Below are positions 17,453 to 27,547 of a DNA stretch of 64,000 bases, piece after piece. The position numbers were made by a program, and so were the translations under genes. The notes beneath the pieces were generated by a model, which was not told the origin of the DNA, searched no databases, and saw nothing but the letters and a program-made list of their open reading frames with translations. Source of the stretch: a virus (taxonomy: Duplodnaviria > Caudoviricetes); IMG/VR virus record IMGVR_UViG_3300029288_007054, positions 26,446-90,445 of that record; one strand, written 5' to 3'. The stretch's first letter is position 1. Each line of letters begins with the position of its first letter.

Positions 17453-18040
17453 TTATTTTTTGTTACATTCTGAAACGTAATTAGGGTTAATATGCACCCC
17501 ATCGAAGAATAGCCACCGCTTCTTATCAGCATCACTAAAAATATAATTTGGATCTGAATCAATAACAGTTAAGTAGTTCTTCAGCAAATCCCATGATTCA
17601 AACATGTGATCTGGAGGAAATCTGCCATACATCCATTTAGGCATCTTCTTTCTATTATCTCCGATCATTAAAAGTACTGGTTTCGCTTGCCTATTTGCAT
17701 TAAAAATCTCTTCATGAGTTCCACAAGTAAAAATATTAATATCGTAATTAACGACTAGAAATGAGCTCAGGTCTACACAGCGCAAATCCCAATGGTTTAA
17801 CTCCTTAACTTCCGATCTAAGATCTTCAAATTTACCATCCCTTAATAGACCTTCCATTCTAGGTCTTTTATGAGTGTCCAAATGCTGAGTTCCATAAAAA
17901 CTATGCTTTAGAGGATTAAATACTCTAACATTCCTTTTTTGCAAGAATGGTTCTATATCGTTTCTCCATTTACATCCTTTGTTTTCTGCAAAATCAATTG
18001 GACCTGACAAATAAGCTGCTAACCCGTTTAATCGATTCAT
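17453..18040 (-). CDS. nucleoside 2-deoxyribosyltransferase-like / nucleotide hydrolase
   Basis: YLSGPID, FNPL, DLRCVDLSSFLVV, GTHEEI. Confidence 0.7.
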   Translation of the reverse strand: MNRLNGLAAYLSGPIDFAENKGCKWRNDIEPFLQKRNVRVFNPLKHSFYGTQHLDTHKRPRMEGLLRDGKFEDLRSEVKELNHWDLRCVDLSSFLVVNYDINIFTCGTHEEIFNANRQAKPVLLMIGDNRKKMPKWMYGRFPPDHMFESWDLLKNYLTVIDSDPNYIFSDADKKRWLFFDGVHINPNYVSECNKK

Positions 18041-19074
18041 TAAAATTTACTCTCCCTTTTACCACCATCGCTAATCATATACCACTTTACTTTCTCTTTA
18101 TATTCTTTCAAATTCCTAGCACCACTGTAAGATAAAGAACTTTTAAGCCCATCTTCTATCTCCCTAAGTAAATATTTAGCATGACCCTTAAATGGTATCT
18201 TTTTCATTTCGCCTTCAACAAATCTACCTTCTTGTCCATTTTTTCTCTTATTTTCTGCCGAAGCGCTTCCACCATACATTTTATACCATGTTCTGTTGAT
18301 TAAATTAGTTCCGGGTTCTGCATAAACATTACCCGGAGTTTCGGTGGTGCCAGCAAGAACGGCACCTATCATAACCGCATCAGTATATATTAAGGCCTTA
18401 GGAACGTCTCCAGCATTTTGAATACCTCCGTCAGAAATAGTTCTAACGTGTTTTATTCCATCTCTCTGCAGTGCCTCATAAACTTCTTTAATTGCAGAAA
18501 ATTGAGGTTTGCCTACTCCAGTATTAGATCGAGTGCGACAAACTGATCCGGGGCCAATCCCGATTTTAAGAATATTAGCGCCCCAATCTACCAAGTCCAA
18601 TGCTGAATCTCCAGTTGCGATATTCCCAGCCATGATTGTAATAGATTGCGTACCCACCCTTGAACATACCCATTTTAACATATCTTGCATTTGCTTACAA
18701 TGACCATGAGCAATATCAATACAAAATGTTTTTGCACCAGCTGCATAAAGCCTATCAAACCGTTCCTTCTCTTCTTCCTTAACACCGATAGATACTCCAC
18801 AGCAAAGTGTTTCCTGAGCTTTTTTAAGCTGATCAACATTTTCTTCTATGCTCATAAACCTATGCAAAATTCCGAAACCACCATTTTTATACATTTCAAT
18901 GGCCATTTTATATTCGGTAATATCAGGCATATTAGCAGATATAACAGGTAACATTAACTTAAATTTATTGTCGCCTAAAAATGTAGAAACATCCACATCT
19001 TTGCTACGGGAATCAACATCTGAATACTGATCTTCAATTTGAATATCTGAGAATGTAATTGCTGTTTCGTCCAT
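18040..19074 (-). CDS. IMPDH/GMP reductase family oxidoreductase (no CBS domains; probably GMP reductase)
   Basis: SANM, GILHRF, IDIAHGH, AGNIAT, catalytic KIGIGPGSVC, SDGGI, SYSGA. Confidence 0.9.
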   Translation of the reverse strand: MDETAITFSDIQIEDQYSDVDSRSKDVDVSTFLGDNKFKLMLPVISANMPDITEYKMAIEMYKNGGFGILHRFMSIEENVDQLKKAQETLCCGVSIGVKEEEKERFDRLYAAGAKTFCIDIAHGHCKQMQDMLKWVCSRVGTQSITIMAGNIATGDSALDLVDWGANILKIGIGPGSVCRTRSNTGVGKPQFSAIKEVYEALQRDGIKHVRTISDGGIQNAGDVPKALIYTDAVMIGAVLAGTTETPGNVYAEPGTNLINRTWYKMYGGSASAENKRKNGQEGRFVEGEMKKIPFKGHAKYLLREIEDGLKSSLSYSGARNLKEYKEKVKWYMISDGGKRESKF

Positions 19075-19100
19075 CTTTTTCCCTTTCTTGCAACATTGAT

Positions 19101-19128
19101 ATTATACAACAAAGAATGAAACAATCAA
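19101..19128 (-). promoter_or_regulatory. sigma70-type promoter
   Basis: TTGATT-N16-TATAAT upstream of the GMPR/IMPDH gene. Confidence 0.55.
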
Positions 19129-19131
19129 CAA

Positions 19132-19443
19132 CTAAACTGTTCTATCTTTTAGTTCTAACGGACCTTTCACTTCTATATCTGCTGAAAAATCTTCAACCCC
19201 ATAATGCATTTTATATGTAAGGGGTTTATGTCCATCTTTGGGATCGTTTGAAACAGCGTTAAATAAACCATTCATTGCATATCTTTCAACAGTTAAAATA
19301 GCAACTTCACCAGCCTCAATTTTTAATGTTAAACTTTTTACTGGATGCTCATTTTCCTTGCCATCTATAAATTTTACTTTATCCCAAGTCAATAACTTAA
19401 TAGGATAAAAATTATCTTCGTTACTTTTTATATTAATAGTCAT
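19132..19443 (-). CDS. hypothetical protein
   Basis: 103-aa ORF. Confidence 0.6.
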   Translation of the reverse strand: MTINIKSNEDNFYPIKLLTWDKVKFIDGKENEHPVKSLTLKIEAGEVAILTVERYAMNGLFNAVSNDPKDGHKPLTYKMHYGVEDFSADIEVKGPLELKDRTV

Positions 19444-19454
19444 GTGCCATTCCC

Positions 19455-20189
19455 TTATTGAGTTTTCTTATTTAGACTTCCAAGATCATCTAACACTCTC
19501 TTAATAGCCGCTCTTTCAGCCTGAGTTTTTGCCTCTATGATAGCCTTGTTAAAAACATCCACAAATGATTTCATAGGAATAATAATAAGCTCTCCGCTAT
19601 CTTTCATTTCTCCCATGATAGAGGCTTGAAGTTTAAGAAGATTGTTGAAAGTGCCCATGAGTCTTGCGGTTTCGGCGCTTTTTATTTGTTCAATTTCTGC
19701 AGCGCTTATATCATTATTGGGTGTAATACTATTTATCCCTGCTAATCTTTCAGTGATAGTAGAAAGCCCTAAATGAATTCTGTCTAAGGTAGTCAACTGA
19801 ACGCCGCTCAGTCGTTTAATCCTATTAGCATATTCAATTAGTTGTAACCCCCTAACACCTCTTTCGTAATGGAAACGCATATGGTTATCAATGACATCCT
19901 TAGAAACTGGAAAATCACTACGGCTTTTAAACAGCTTTTTAACTTCTTCGTGGTTAGTCGTATCAGCCCATTTCTTTTCTAGCTCTTCCCTGTGAGGATC
20001 TGAACATATCATGCAGGTAGGTTCATGATAAACATTTTTTTCATTAATATTAATTAACTGTGCCAATGCCTCATCAATATCTCCAGCTTCGGGGGGCGAG
20101 AAACTTTGAATTTCTTCTTTGGGGGGTGGGGTCATAGATTGTTCGAAAGGGACATCTTGTGATTTTTCTTCGGTCATATTTTCCTCCAA
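19455..20189 (-). CDS. hypothetical protein with CxxC...H...H zinc-finger/HTH region
   Basis: CMICSDPHREELE...IDNHMRFH. Confidence 0.65.
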   Translation of the reverse strand: MEENMTEEKSQDVPFEQSMTPPPKEEIQSFSPPEAGDIDEALAQLININEKNVYHEPTCMICSDPHREELEKKWADTTNHEEVKKLFKSRSDFPVSKDVIDNHMRFHYERGVRGLQLIEYANRIKRLSGVQLTTLDRIHLGLSTITERLAGINSITPNNDISAAEIEQIKSAETARLMGTFNNLLKLQASIMGEMKDSGELIIIPMKSFVDVFNKAIIEAKTQAERAAIKRVLDDLGSLNKKTQ

Positions 20190-20204
20190 TATTATTCCAC
20201 TATA

Positions 20205-20495
20205 TTATACAAGGTTTTTCTTCTGAGGCCTATTATTCTTTTTATCAAATAATACCACATCTTCTGCTATATCTTTGAGAATAGTAGTCAAGGTTAGTGG
20301 TCTGGCGTCTAGAAGAACAGAAAAGAAATTATCCATTTTATCATCGGGCATGGCAAAACGCTTATTCTTTGCATAAACCCTGACAGCAGAAAGGACTTCT
20401 CTAGCGGATTTTCTGTCACTGGATCTTGTAATAAGTTCGTTGGCGTTGTGGAGAAGGGTAATGATTGAGCTGGCAGTATCAGAAAGCTTTTGCAT
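20205..20495 (-). CDS. hypothetical protein
   Basis: 96-aa ORF. Confidence 0.6.
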   Translation of the reverse strand: MQKLSDTASSIITLLHNANELITRSSDRKSAREVLSAVRVYAKNKRFAMPDDKMDNFFSVLLDARPLTLTTILKDIAEDVVLFDKKNNRPQKKNLV

Positions 20496-20496
20496 A

Positions 20497-20931
20497 TTAG
20501 TTAATCCTATTAACGGATATCAGCTTTTGAGCTTCTACTTGAGATCCGTTTTCTAGGATTTCTTCGGCCTTTTCCCATGCTTCCTCATCAGTAGAGGCTC
20601 TTACAGTCTTGCCGATATCATATGAAGAGTTAAGTTTTCCAAATTCGTCTTCAAATTGGAATGTATACTCAGATAAATTGCTAGTGGTATCTTCTGCTTC
20701 GCTCTTAACCATTGCAGCGTAACTCTCAGCTGCTTCTCTTGATAAACCATCAATCATAAGAAGTTCTACGCATTCTGACTCTTCCAAACCGTCTTCTAAA
20801 TACGATTTGGCTAAGGAAGCATATTTCTTATGTTCAGCAATGGCCTTCGATGCCTGTTTCCTTAAAGAGTTGTGAAGACTCTCTACGAAGGTCACTCTCT
20901 GCATATCCATTCCTGTTGATGGTCTTGTCAT
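20497..20931 (-). CDS. hypothetical protein
   Basis: 144-aa ORF. Confidence 0.65.
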   Translation of the reverse strand: MTRPSTGMDMQRVTFVESLHNSLRKQASKAIAEHKKYASLAKSYLEDGLEESECVELLMIDGLSREAAESYAAMVKSEAEDTTSNLSEYTFQFEDEFGKLNSSYDIGKTVRASTDEEAWEKAEEILENGSQVEAQKLISVNRIN

Positions 20932-20996
20932 GTTATATTATTTCCTATTAGCCTTTTAATAATCCTTCAACTATTTATATTATTTTTTAGGCCTTA

Positions 20997-21791
20997 TTAA
21001 CTCTTCTCCTCTATCGGAAAATCGCCAACTTCTTCGTCTATATTATTCGGTGCAGGGTTTTTAACTTCCTCCTTTATTTCTGGAGTATTTTCAGTTTTCC
21101 CTGCTTCTTTGTTAAGATTAGATTCGTCGGTCTCAAAAAGCTCCCAAGATATTTTATAATCATCAGTGCCCCTATCGATCCACTGACCCTGAGCATTAGG
21201 AGTCTTAACAGCCATCCTACCTGATTCTGGAGAATAGATATAGTCAATAGCCTCATTGCCCATCCAAGTATCGGAAGCTGTCACCGTACCCACTGATTTA
21301 TAACTAATATTCCCTTGCTTACCTGTGAATATGATAGTTATAGTTTTTCCATCTTCTTCAACCTTAGCGTCCTCAATTTTTCCAAGGTTATATGCTTCCT
21401 TGGTATTTTCAATAACTCTTTGAGCACTCTTGTTTAATTTTGGAGATTGAAGACCGGAAACATTAGCCAAGGGGTCAAAATGATCAACTTCTCCGCCTAA
21501 TCCCTTAATGCATTTTCCAACCCTATTAATATTATCTACTAGCGTTTGAGAGGTCTTATTTAAACCCATTTCCGAGAAAGTAGCTATAAGCCCATCCCTA
21601 ACCTCATAGAGCTCCAATAGCATTCTTTCCGTGTTATAATCAGATGAAGCAGGAACTTTGATAGATCGATCAACTATTGTGGGAGCCTGTGCAGGCGGAA
21701 TCTTAACATTCCCCAAATTTTTAAGAAAGCTATCTTCTAACAAACTTTTAGTATCAAACTTACCTTCTTCATCTACATAATTATCACTCAT
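20997..21791 (-). CDS. hypothetical protein
   Basis: 264-aa ORF with GGAG SD. Confidence 0.7.
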   Translation of the reverse strand: MSDNYVDEEGKFDTKSLLEDSFLKNLGNVKIPPAQAPTIVDRSIKVPASSDYNTERMLLELYEVRDGLIATFSEMGLNKTSQTLVDNINRVGKCIKGLGGEVDHFDPLANVSGLQSPKLNKSAQRVIENTKEAYNLGKIEDAKVEEDGKTITIIFTGKQGNISYKSVGTVTASDTWMGNEAIDYIYSPESGRMAVKTPNAQGQWIDRGTDDYKISWELFETDESNLNKEAGKTENTPEIKEEVKNPAPNNIDEEVGDFPIEEKS

Positions 21792-21805
21792 GTTACACTC
21801 CTTTA

Positions 21806-22060
21806 TTATATGATGTCTGCCTTTGTTATTTCAGTGCTCAAGTCTTTAGATCCACAGGATGGACAACCTTCTGGAACTAAAAGGCTTGACTGTATTATAC
21901 AACAGTTAGTGCACTTTACAGCATCAATATCATAGTTTTTTTCGTCTTCTACAGCAGCAGAAAGAGCTTCTATGGCATAGTCTGTAATAGGTCTTCCAAT
22001 AGGAGTCCTTTTTAGCGCTATTTCGGCTTTTAAGGTATTCAAAACTTCGGATATATTCAT
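21806..22060 (-). CDS. small zinc-ribbon protein
   Basis: CTNC...CPSCGS. Confidence 0.65.
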   Translation of the reverse strand: MNISEVLNTLKAEIALKRTPIGRPITDYAIEALSAAVEDEKNYDIDAVKCTNCCIIQSSLLVPEGCPSCGSKDLSTEITKADII

Positions 22061-22140
22061 GACTATTATTATTCATATTAACCCATAAAAAACCCTTTTA
22101 AAAAGGTATTTTTTCGATATATCTTGTATAATATTAGTGT

Positions 22141-22710
22141 ATGAAGAAATCATCAAACACTAAGAAAGTAAAATTAGAATCTCTTCCGAAGATAAAACGA
22201 AGATTATTCAAGCTTTGGTCTGAGGCTGTCCGGGAAAGATCAGGATTTAAATGCGAATTTTGCGGTATTGAAAATAAAGCAATAAATATTAACGGTATAG
22301 CTACGAAAATTGACGCACATCATTTAATCTCAAGAAAGATAAAAGATTTTCCATTAAAGTTCGCAATAGATATGGGCGTTGCTGTATGTCCAATTTGCCA
22401 TAAGTGGGGAATTCCATCGTTTCACAGAGACCCTGTTACTACCATAACATGGCTCATAAAAAACAAACCCGAACGCTATAATTTTGTTCTAGAGAACGTA
22501 AACGTAAGAATCGATCTAGACAACAGGGCTGTTCTAGCTGAGATAGAAGCTAGATTAATAGCCAAAGAATCTCTTGACCTGAATAAACTTAAAGAAATAG
22601 AAAAACAATTTCCTAGAGAAATTAAACCTAAGAAAGAAAAAATAGTAGGAACTCTCTTTGAAGATGACGAACCATCTTTACCTGTAGAAACTAAATCAGA
22701 CGCTATCTAA
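22141..22710 (+). CDS. HNH/NinG-like nuclease
   Basis: WSEAVRER...CEFCG...AHHL...CPICH. Confidence 0.75.
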   Translation: MKKSSNTKKVKLESLPKIKRRLFKLWSEAVRERSGFKCEFCGIENKAININGIATKIDAHHLISRKIKDFPLKFAIDMGVAVCPICHKWGIPSFHRDPVTTITWLIKNKPERYNFVLENVNVRIDLDNRAVLAEIEARLIAKESLDLNKLKEIEKQFPREIKPKKEKIVGTLFEDDEPSLPVETKSDAI

Positions 22711-23973
22711 CTTATAACTTTTTAAGGCTTCTATAATCTCTTGTATTTGCTGAGAAGGATTTTTACCATATCTAATGTTTGCCAGCTTCTCTTGAACGAA
22801 TAAATAAACCCTTATAGCCCTGTTTAGCACTTTCTTTTTTAATTCTTGTTCCGGGACATCTGAGTTGGGTGCTACGATATGGTTTCTTACGGTATTGACA
22901 TATTGATCTGCCATAAAGGGCATCGGGATTATTTCCGCTCCCTTTCTAGTCATGGTCGTTTTTATCTTGGCTTTTTTATCTTCAATAATCTTTAGATATC
23001 TTCTTGGAATTCCTTGTTTACTGGTAAGGAAGTCTATAATCCCATCTGGAGACTGATACTGTTCTGCTATACTTCTTTTTTCATTTTCGTTTATTTCTTC
23101 ATTATACCAAATAGCTGAAGGAAATCTACCCATACCCATTAGTTTTCCAGATATGCTTCCCCAAGGCATTCCCATAGCCCACAAATGCGCTACTACCATC
23201 TGCCATCTCGCTTTTTTAGCAAATATTTCGGCTATTACGTTCCCATTGATCCCATTGTTTAGGAATTGTTCGGTCATATTTATCGCATCTTCATAGGTTC
23301 CTGTATCTAAAACGTTACTTAGTTTATATAAGACAGCTTCCTTGCTAGTAGGAAATGCGTTATCCAGAATAAATTGAGCATCAATTTTGTTAGGACAGGT
23401 GATGCACATTTTGCTAATATCCGAATCTAATAATCCACGATCATATCCAACAATATTAATCAAGATTCGGGCCTCATAAGACGAGATCTCTTTTCCATGC
23501 TTTTCAAAACATTTGATAACAAAATCTATACATTCGTCCATCTGTTTTTCAGTAAGCAAATCTCCGCTGTTGATTATCTTTGCGCCCTTGATTCCCCTAA
23601 AGGTTTCTATAAACTCTTCCCAAGTTTTTTCCATTATTCTGGTTTTAGGGTCAAGCTTAACATGATTTTCGGAATCCCAAATTATAAGCTTAGTAGAATC
23701 GGCACAAGAAGAAGATAAGTCTATGAGAAATTCCCTAACTGCTTTTTTATCTGGAATTTCCTTAATTAGCAATACCTTTTCTGAGTCGTCCCAACTAAAT
23801 AACCCAGCTTCCATTCTAATGCTTTCTAATGATTCAGTGGATGCCGATTTAACAACCCATTTGAGCTCAGGATATTTCTTTTTAGCTGAAGTTATTGTAT
23901 TCTGAGCGACATACAAGTCTCCATAAATAAATATTGGCGATGGGAAGGCCATGTTAGTTTTCAGAATCAGCAT
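22696..23973 (-). CDS. DNA polymerase III delta-like clamp loader subunit
   Basis: Size and adjacency to the beta clamp; VGYDRGLLDSDISK helix motif; no intact Walker A. Confidence 0.6.
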   Translation of the reverse strand: MLILKTNMAFPSPIFIYGDLYVAQNTITSAKKKYPELKWVVKSASTESLESIRMEAGLFSWDDSEKVLLIKEIPDKKAVREFLIDLSSSCADSTKLIIWDSENHVKLDPKTRIMEKTWEEFIETFRGIKGAKIINSGDLLTEKQMDECIDFVIKCFEKHGKEISSYEARILINIVGYDRGLLDSDISKMCITCPNKIDAQFILDNAFPTSKEAVLYKLSNVLDTGTYEDAINMTEQFLNNGINGNVIAEIFAKKARWQMVVAHLWAMGMPWGSISGKLMGMGRFPSAIWYNEEINENEKRSIAEQYQSPDGIIDFLTSKQGIPRRYLKIIEDKKAKIKTTMTRKGAEIIPMPFMADQYVNTVRNHIVAPNSDVPEQELKKKVLNRAIRVYLFVQEKLANIRYGKNPSQQIQEIIEALKSYKLDSV

Positions 23974-25249
23974 TATAATGAGCGTTGGTCTGGATACCCA
24001 TTGAAAAATATACTAATGCTTCATCATGGTTTTTGCCTGTAATTTTTACCGTTTTAAGGTTTTCTGGGATTAACAAATTTACCTCTTCGGATTTAAATAC
24101 CTTAAGACCTTCCATCAAATGATTTACAGCCCATACTAATTTTGCATCTTGGGCTATATTCGGAATATTAGCTTGTTTAATGTTCGGTTTGTATTTATTT
24201 TTCTCAGAAATGGCCTTAACAGTAAACGTACCATCCGTTTTATTAAAAATGAATAAGGCAGCAGAGTTATTAACTACAGAAGCATTAATAAGCATATCAA
24301 TAAATAATGCCTTTGATATTTCTGCCAATTGTTTATAATCTTTGTCAACTAGTTTTTGAATGCTTGGAAATTTACTTATTTGCTCCTTTTCCGTACTTAC
24401 CATGCGAATTTTAAGATTAGGCTGGCTAATAAATATCTTTTCGGTTTCTTCATTATACGCAAAGATAAGTTGTTCTGTTTTGTTTATGATTTTAGTAATC
24501 TGGCTTAATATAACAGAAGGCGCAAGAAGAGGTTTATCCGATTTGACATCTATTACGTTTTCCTTAGGAACCTTATAGAGTGCACAACGAGCCTTATCAG
24601 TGGCTGCAAAATAAAGGTCATTAGCATACGTTTGAATATCAATAGCGTCCCATACGTGTTTATCATCTTTAGAAAGGGCCGCAAAAGAAACGTTTTCCAG
24701 CGCCTCTGTCAATTGCCCACCTTGCATTTCGAAATATTTTTCTGCTTTTTGATCATAATCGATTGCAACCATGTGGGTGGGATCGAAACAATCCAGCTCC
24801 CACTTTCCGCTTGTTTTAGAAGTGTCTTTTGAAATAAGTTTAACGGTCCCTATTCTTTTAATCATAAATTTAGAGAGATCTTGGTTGTCATTGACCTCTC
24901 CGTCAAAAGTGTTTATTACGTCTGGAACAGGAAGTTTATTCAGAGTGAGACTGATTGTAGAATCTGGACCCTGAACCTTAGCCCAAAGAATTAGCTCTTT
25001 AGCTGGAACCAAAACGCTTCCTTCTTCTTTAACTATTATCCCATTTTGTTCTGTTACTGGAATTGAATATTTTACTGAAAGCAAATCAGTAGATGATTCA
25101 ACTATGAAGTTCTTATTAACAGTAATCCTTATGCATTTGTTAAGCATTGCCATTACCGTAATTTCAGACTGAACGTTTTCGGCAATAGCAGCTAAAGAAC
25201 CTTTCTCCAGTGCTTCTATCAATATTTTTTGACGGATTCCTACTTTCAT
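23954..25249 (-). CDS. dnaN: DNA polymerase III beta sliding clamp
   Basis: STDL, EGSVLVPAKEL, AATDKAR and FPSIQKLV segments typical of DnaN. Confidence 0.85.
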   Translation of the reverse strand: MKVGIRQKILIEALEKGSLAAIAENVQSEITVMAMLNKCIRITVNKNFIVESSTDLLSVKYSIPVTEQNGIIVKEEGSVLVPAKELILWAKVQGPDSTISLTLNKLPVPDVINTFDGEVNDNQDLSKFMIKRIGTVKLISKDTSKTSGKWELDCFDPTHMVAIDYDQKAEKYFEMQGGQLTEALENVSFAALSKDDKHVWDAIDIQTYANDLYFAATDKARCALYKVPKENVIDVKSDKPLLAPSVILSQITKIINKTEQLIFAYNEETEKIFISQPNLKIRMVSTEKEQISKFPSIQKLVDKDYKQLAEISKALFIDMLINASVVNNSAALFIFNKTDGTFTVKAISEKNKYKPNIKQANIPNIAQDAKLVWAVNHLMEGLKVFKSEEVNLLIPENLKTVKITGKNHDEALVYFSMGIQTNAHYNADSEN

Positions 25250-25299
25250 TTATTGCTCCTTTGGTTTACTACATCTTCTTAAAGTATATTATACAACTA

Positions 25300-26268
25300 T
25301 TATACACTTTTCGGCAAGAATATTGGAAGATCCTCTATCTTACCATATTCAAACAAATGCATAGCTTTTTTACGAATTCTCAATAGCGCATTATCAATAC
25401 TCTTAGTGTTATACCTTCTATCAAGTGAGATAGATATGTTTTTAGATATTTCTCTATAGGAAGAACTTGACAGATATTCTTTTAGCACCACTCTTTCAAA
25501 ACTAGATAAGGCATTTAATAACGTAGTTTTGGTTACAATATATGCTTCATTTTTTTCCAGCGTTTCGTCGCAAGAAGCCTTATTGTCTGCAATAATATTA
25601 GCATAGGTAGTTTTATGTTCATCATCATCGTTTTTGCCAATCGGTGAGCTGTCTAAGGAAATCGCTTGATTAATAGATTGATCTTTCTTTCTATTCTTTG
25701 ATGCATTCAATAGCGTTATAAGATGTCTTCGTATACACATCTTCGCAAAATTCAAGAAACTCATACCTTTACCTCTTTTAAAATTAGGTATTGCTTTTAT
25801 TTTTAAGGCAATCAATGTCTCCTGATAGATATCTACCGTTTGCAGCCCTTTGATGAAAGGGAATTTTTTTAAGCAAACGTTTATGAGATAACCATGCATA
25901 TAAAGGTGTATCTTATTAAATATTTTATTCATTTCTTCTTCATCAGGATTTTGTTGTTTTTCTATATTCTGCATTTCTATTGCTAAAGAATCCAACTCTC
26001 TTTTAACCTGCTTAGGAGATCCCATTAACGGTTCTTTAACGCATGGAAGCTTAAACATAATTTGTTCAAGCATATCTCTTGAGGGAGCCTCTGGAGTTTC
26101 GGGGGCATCAGGTGCATCAGCAGTGTTCTCAATCAGGCTTGTTCCTACACCCTTCAGGATTTCAGATTCCAAAGCCCTAATCACCGGAATCTTAGACAAA
26201 CGAGTTTCTTTAATTAACTTCTTATCTTTTTTACTTTTTCTGTTCGCTAACTTTTTTGGTCTTGCCAT
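25300..26268 (-). CDS. SigH-like RNA polymerase sigma factor with N-terminal extension
   Basis: FLNFAKMCIRRHLITLL, ISLD, LSSFERVVL..YL...SYREIS, KSIDNALLRIRKK. Confidence 0.88.
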   Translation of the reverse strand: MARPKKLANRKSKKDKKLIKETRLSKIPVIRALESEILKGVGTSLIENTADAPDAPETPEAPSRDMLEQIMFKLPCVKEPLMGSPKQVKRELDSLAIEMQNIEKQQNPDEEEMNKIFNKIHLYMHGYLINVCLKKFPFIKGLQTVDIYQETLIALKIKAIPNFKRGKGMSFLNFAKMCIRRHLITLLNASKNRKKDQSINQAISLDSSPIGKNDDDEHKTTYANIIADNKASCDETLEKNEAYIVTKTTLLNALSSFERVVLKEYLSSSSYREISKNISISLDRRYNTKSIDNALLRIRKKAMHLFEYGKIEDLPIFLPKSV

Positions 26269-26322
26269 TTTTATTCTCCCTGTTTAAGGAGACTAAAAAG
26301 GCGATTTCATTGTTATAAAACT

Positions 26323-27432
26323 TTATTTAGATCGAAGGAGTTCAACACAATTAATAATTGTCGCCTCCATAATCCACCTATCATTTATATTAAATGTTTG
26401 TTTCTTATCTACTTCTATAGAAGCAAATAATCTGGCCAATTTAAGTAACTGAGCCATTGTTAATCCACTACCTATTTTTTTAATTTCCTGAGTTTCATTA
26501 TCTGGTAAATCAACCAGTTTTGTGTCGCCATTCTGTGCCTTGATCACCATTGCGTTTCTAAAGACTTCAGAAATTTCATCAATAATCTCTTTCGGTTGGA
26601 CAGATGCCATGATCAAATCGTTAATTTGGTCAAGAATTAACGAGATATTGCTATCTAAAATTGCATTTGCGATATTCAATATACCTTGACGATCTGCCAG
26701 TCCGAAATATTTTTGGGCATTAGAAGCTGTTATTAATTTTTCTCCCGCAAGCGTCCCAACTTGTTCGAGATATCCAATTGCATCTCTCATACTACCTCTT
26801 GCCATTTTTGCAATTAGAAACAACGCATCGTTTTCGATATTTATATTCTCTTGTTTTGCAATGATAGACAACCTTGCTACAATATCCTTAGAGGGTATTT
26901 TTGAAAAGTTAAATTTTTGGCAACGGGATAAGGAAGTGGTTAATATTTTGTCAATCTCTGTTGTACAAAGAATAAAGGATAAATAAGACGGCGGTTCTTC
27001 TAGTGTTTTTAATAAGGCTGAAGCTGCAGCGTTAGTTAATCTATGAACTTCGTCTATAATGTAAATTTTTCTATTGAGCTCTTGAGGAGACCATTGAGCG
27101 GCATCTATAACGTTTTTCACATTTTCCACTCCGCTATTAGAGGCTCCGTCAATTTCAATAACATCCGATGCCACGCCCTGATGGATAGTAGAACATGCCC
27201 TACATTTTCCACAAAGTTTGCCATCAACAGCGTTTTCGCATTCCATTAAATTAGCTAAAATTCTAGCCATAGAAGTTTTTCCGCTGCCATGATTTCCACT
27301 AAATAAATAGGCATGGGCAAAACGCTTATTGATAGATGCTTGTTTCAAAGTGGCCACTACATGACGCTGACCAACAATATCTTCTAACTGGAAGGGTCTG
27401 TATTTTCTATACAATACCAAATCTTTAAACAT
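26323..27432 (-). CDS. dnaX: DNA polymerase III gamma/tau subunit (gamma-sized)
   Basis: YRKYRP, Walker A GSGKTS, Cys4 zinc module, IDEVH, LLKTLEEPP, SRC. Confidence 0.95.
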   Translation of the reverse strand: MFKDLVLYRKYRPFQLEDIVGQRHVVATLKQASINKRFAHAYLFSGNHGSGKTSMARILANLMECENAVDGKLCGKCRACSTIHQGVASDVIEIDGASNSGVENVKNVIDAAQWSPQELNRKIYIIDEVHRLTNAAASALLKTLEEPPSYLSFILCTTEIDKILTTSLSRCQKFNFSKIPSKDIVARLSIIAKQENINIENDALFLIAKMARGSMRDAIGYLEQVGTLAGEKLITASNAQKYFGLADRQGILNIANAILDSNISLILDQINDLIMASVQPKEIIDEISEVFRNAMVIKAQNGDTKLVDLPDNETQEIKKIGSGLTMAQLLKLARLFASIEVDKKQTFNINDRWIMEATIINCVELLRSK

Positions 27433-27547
27433 GAAATCTCCTACTCTCTATAACGTATATGTCTTTTTCCTTCTTAGATGTATCACATTTATTATACATT
27501 TTTTACTAAAAAAGAGGAAGGAAATTTATCAAAAGGGGCAAAAAATA

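Noticed and set aside
22087-22114. Imperfect palindrome in the divergent promoter region
   Set aside because: Made mostly of A/T runs, so it is expected by chance in this AT-rich intergenic DNA.
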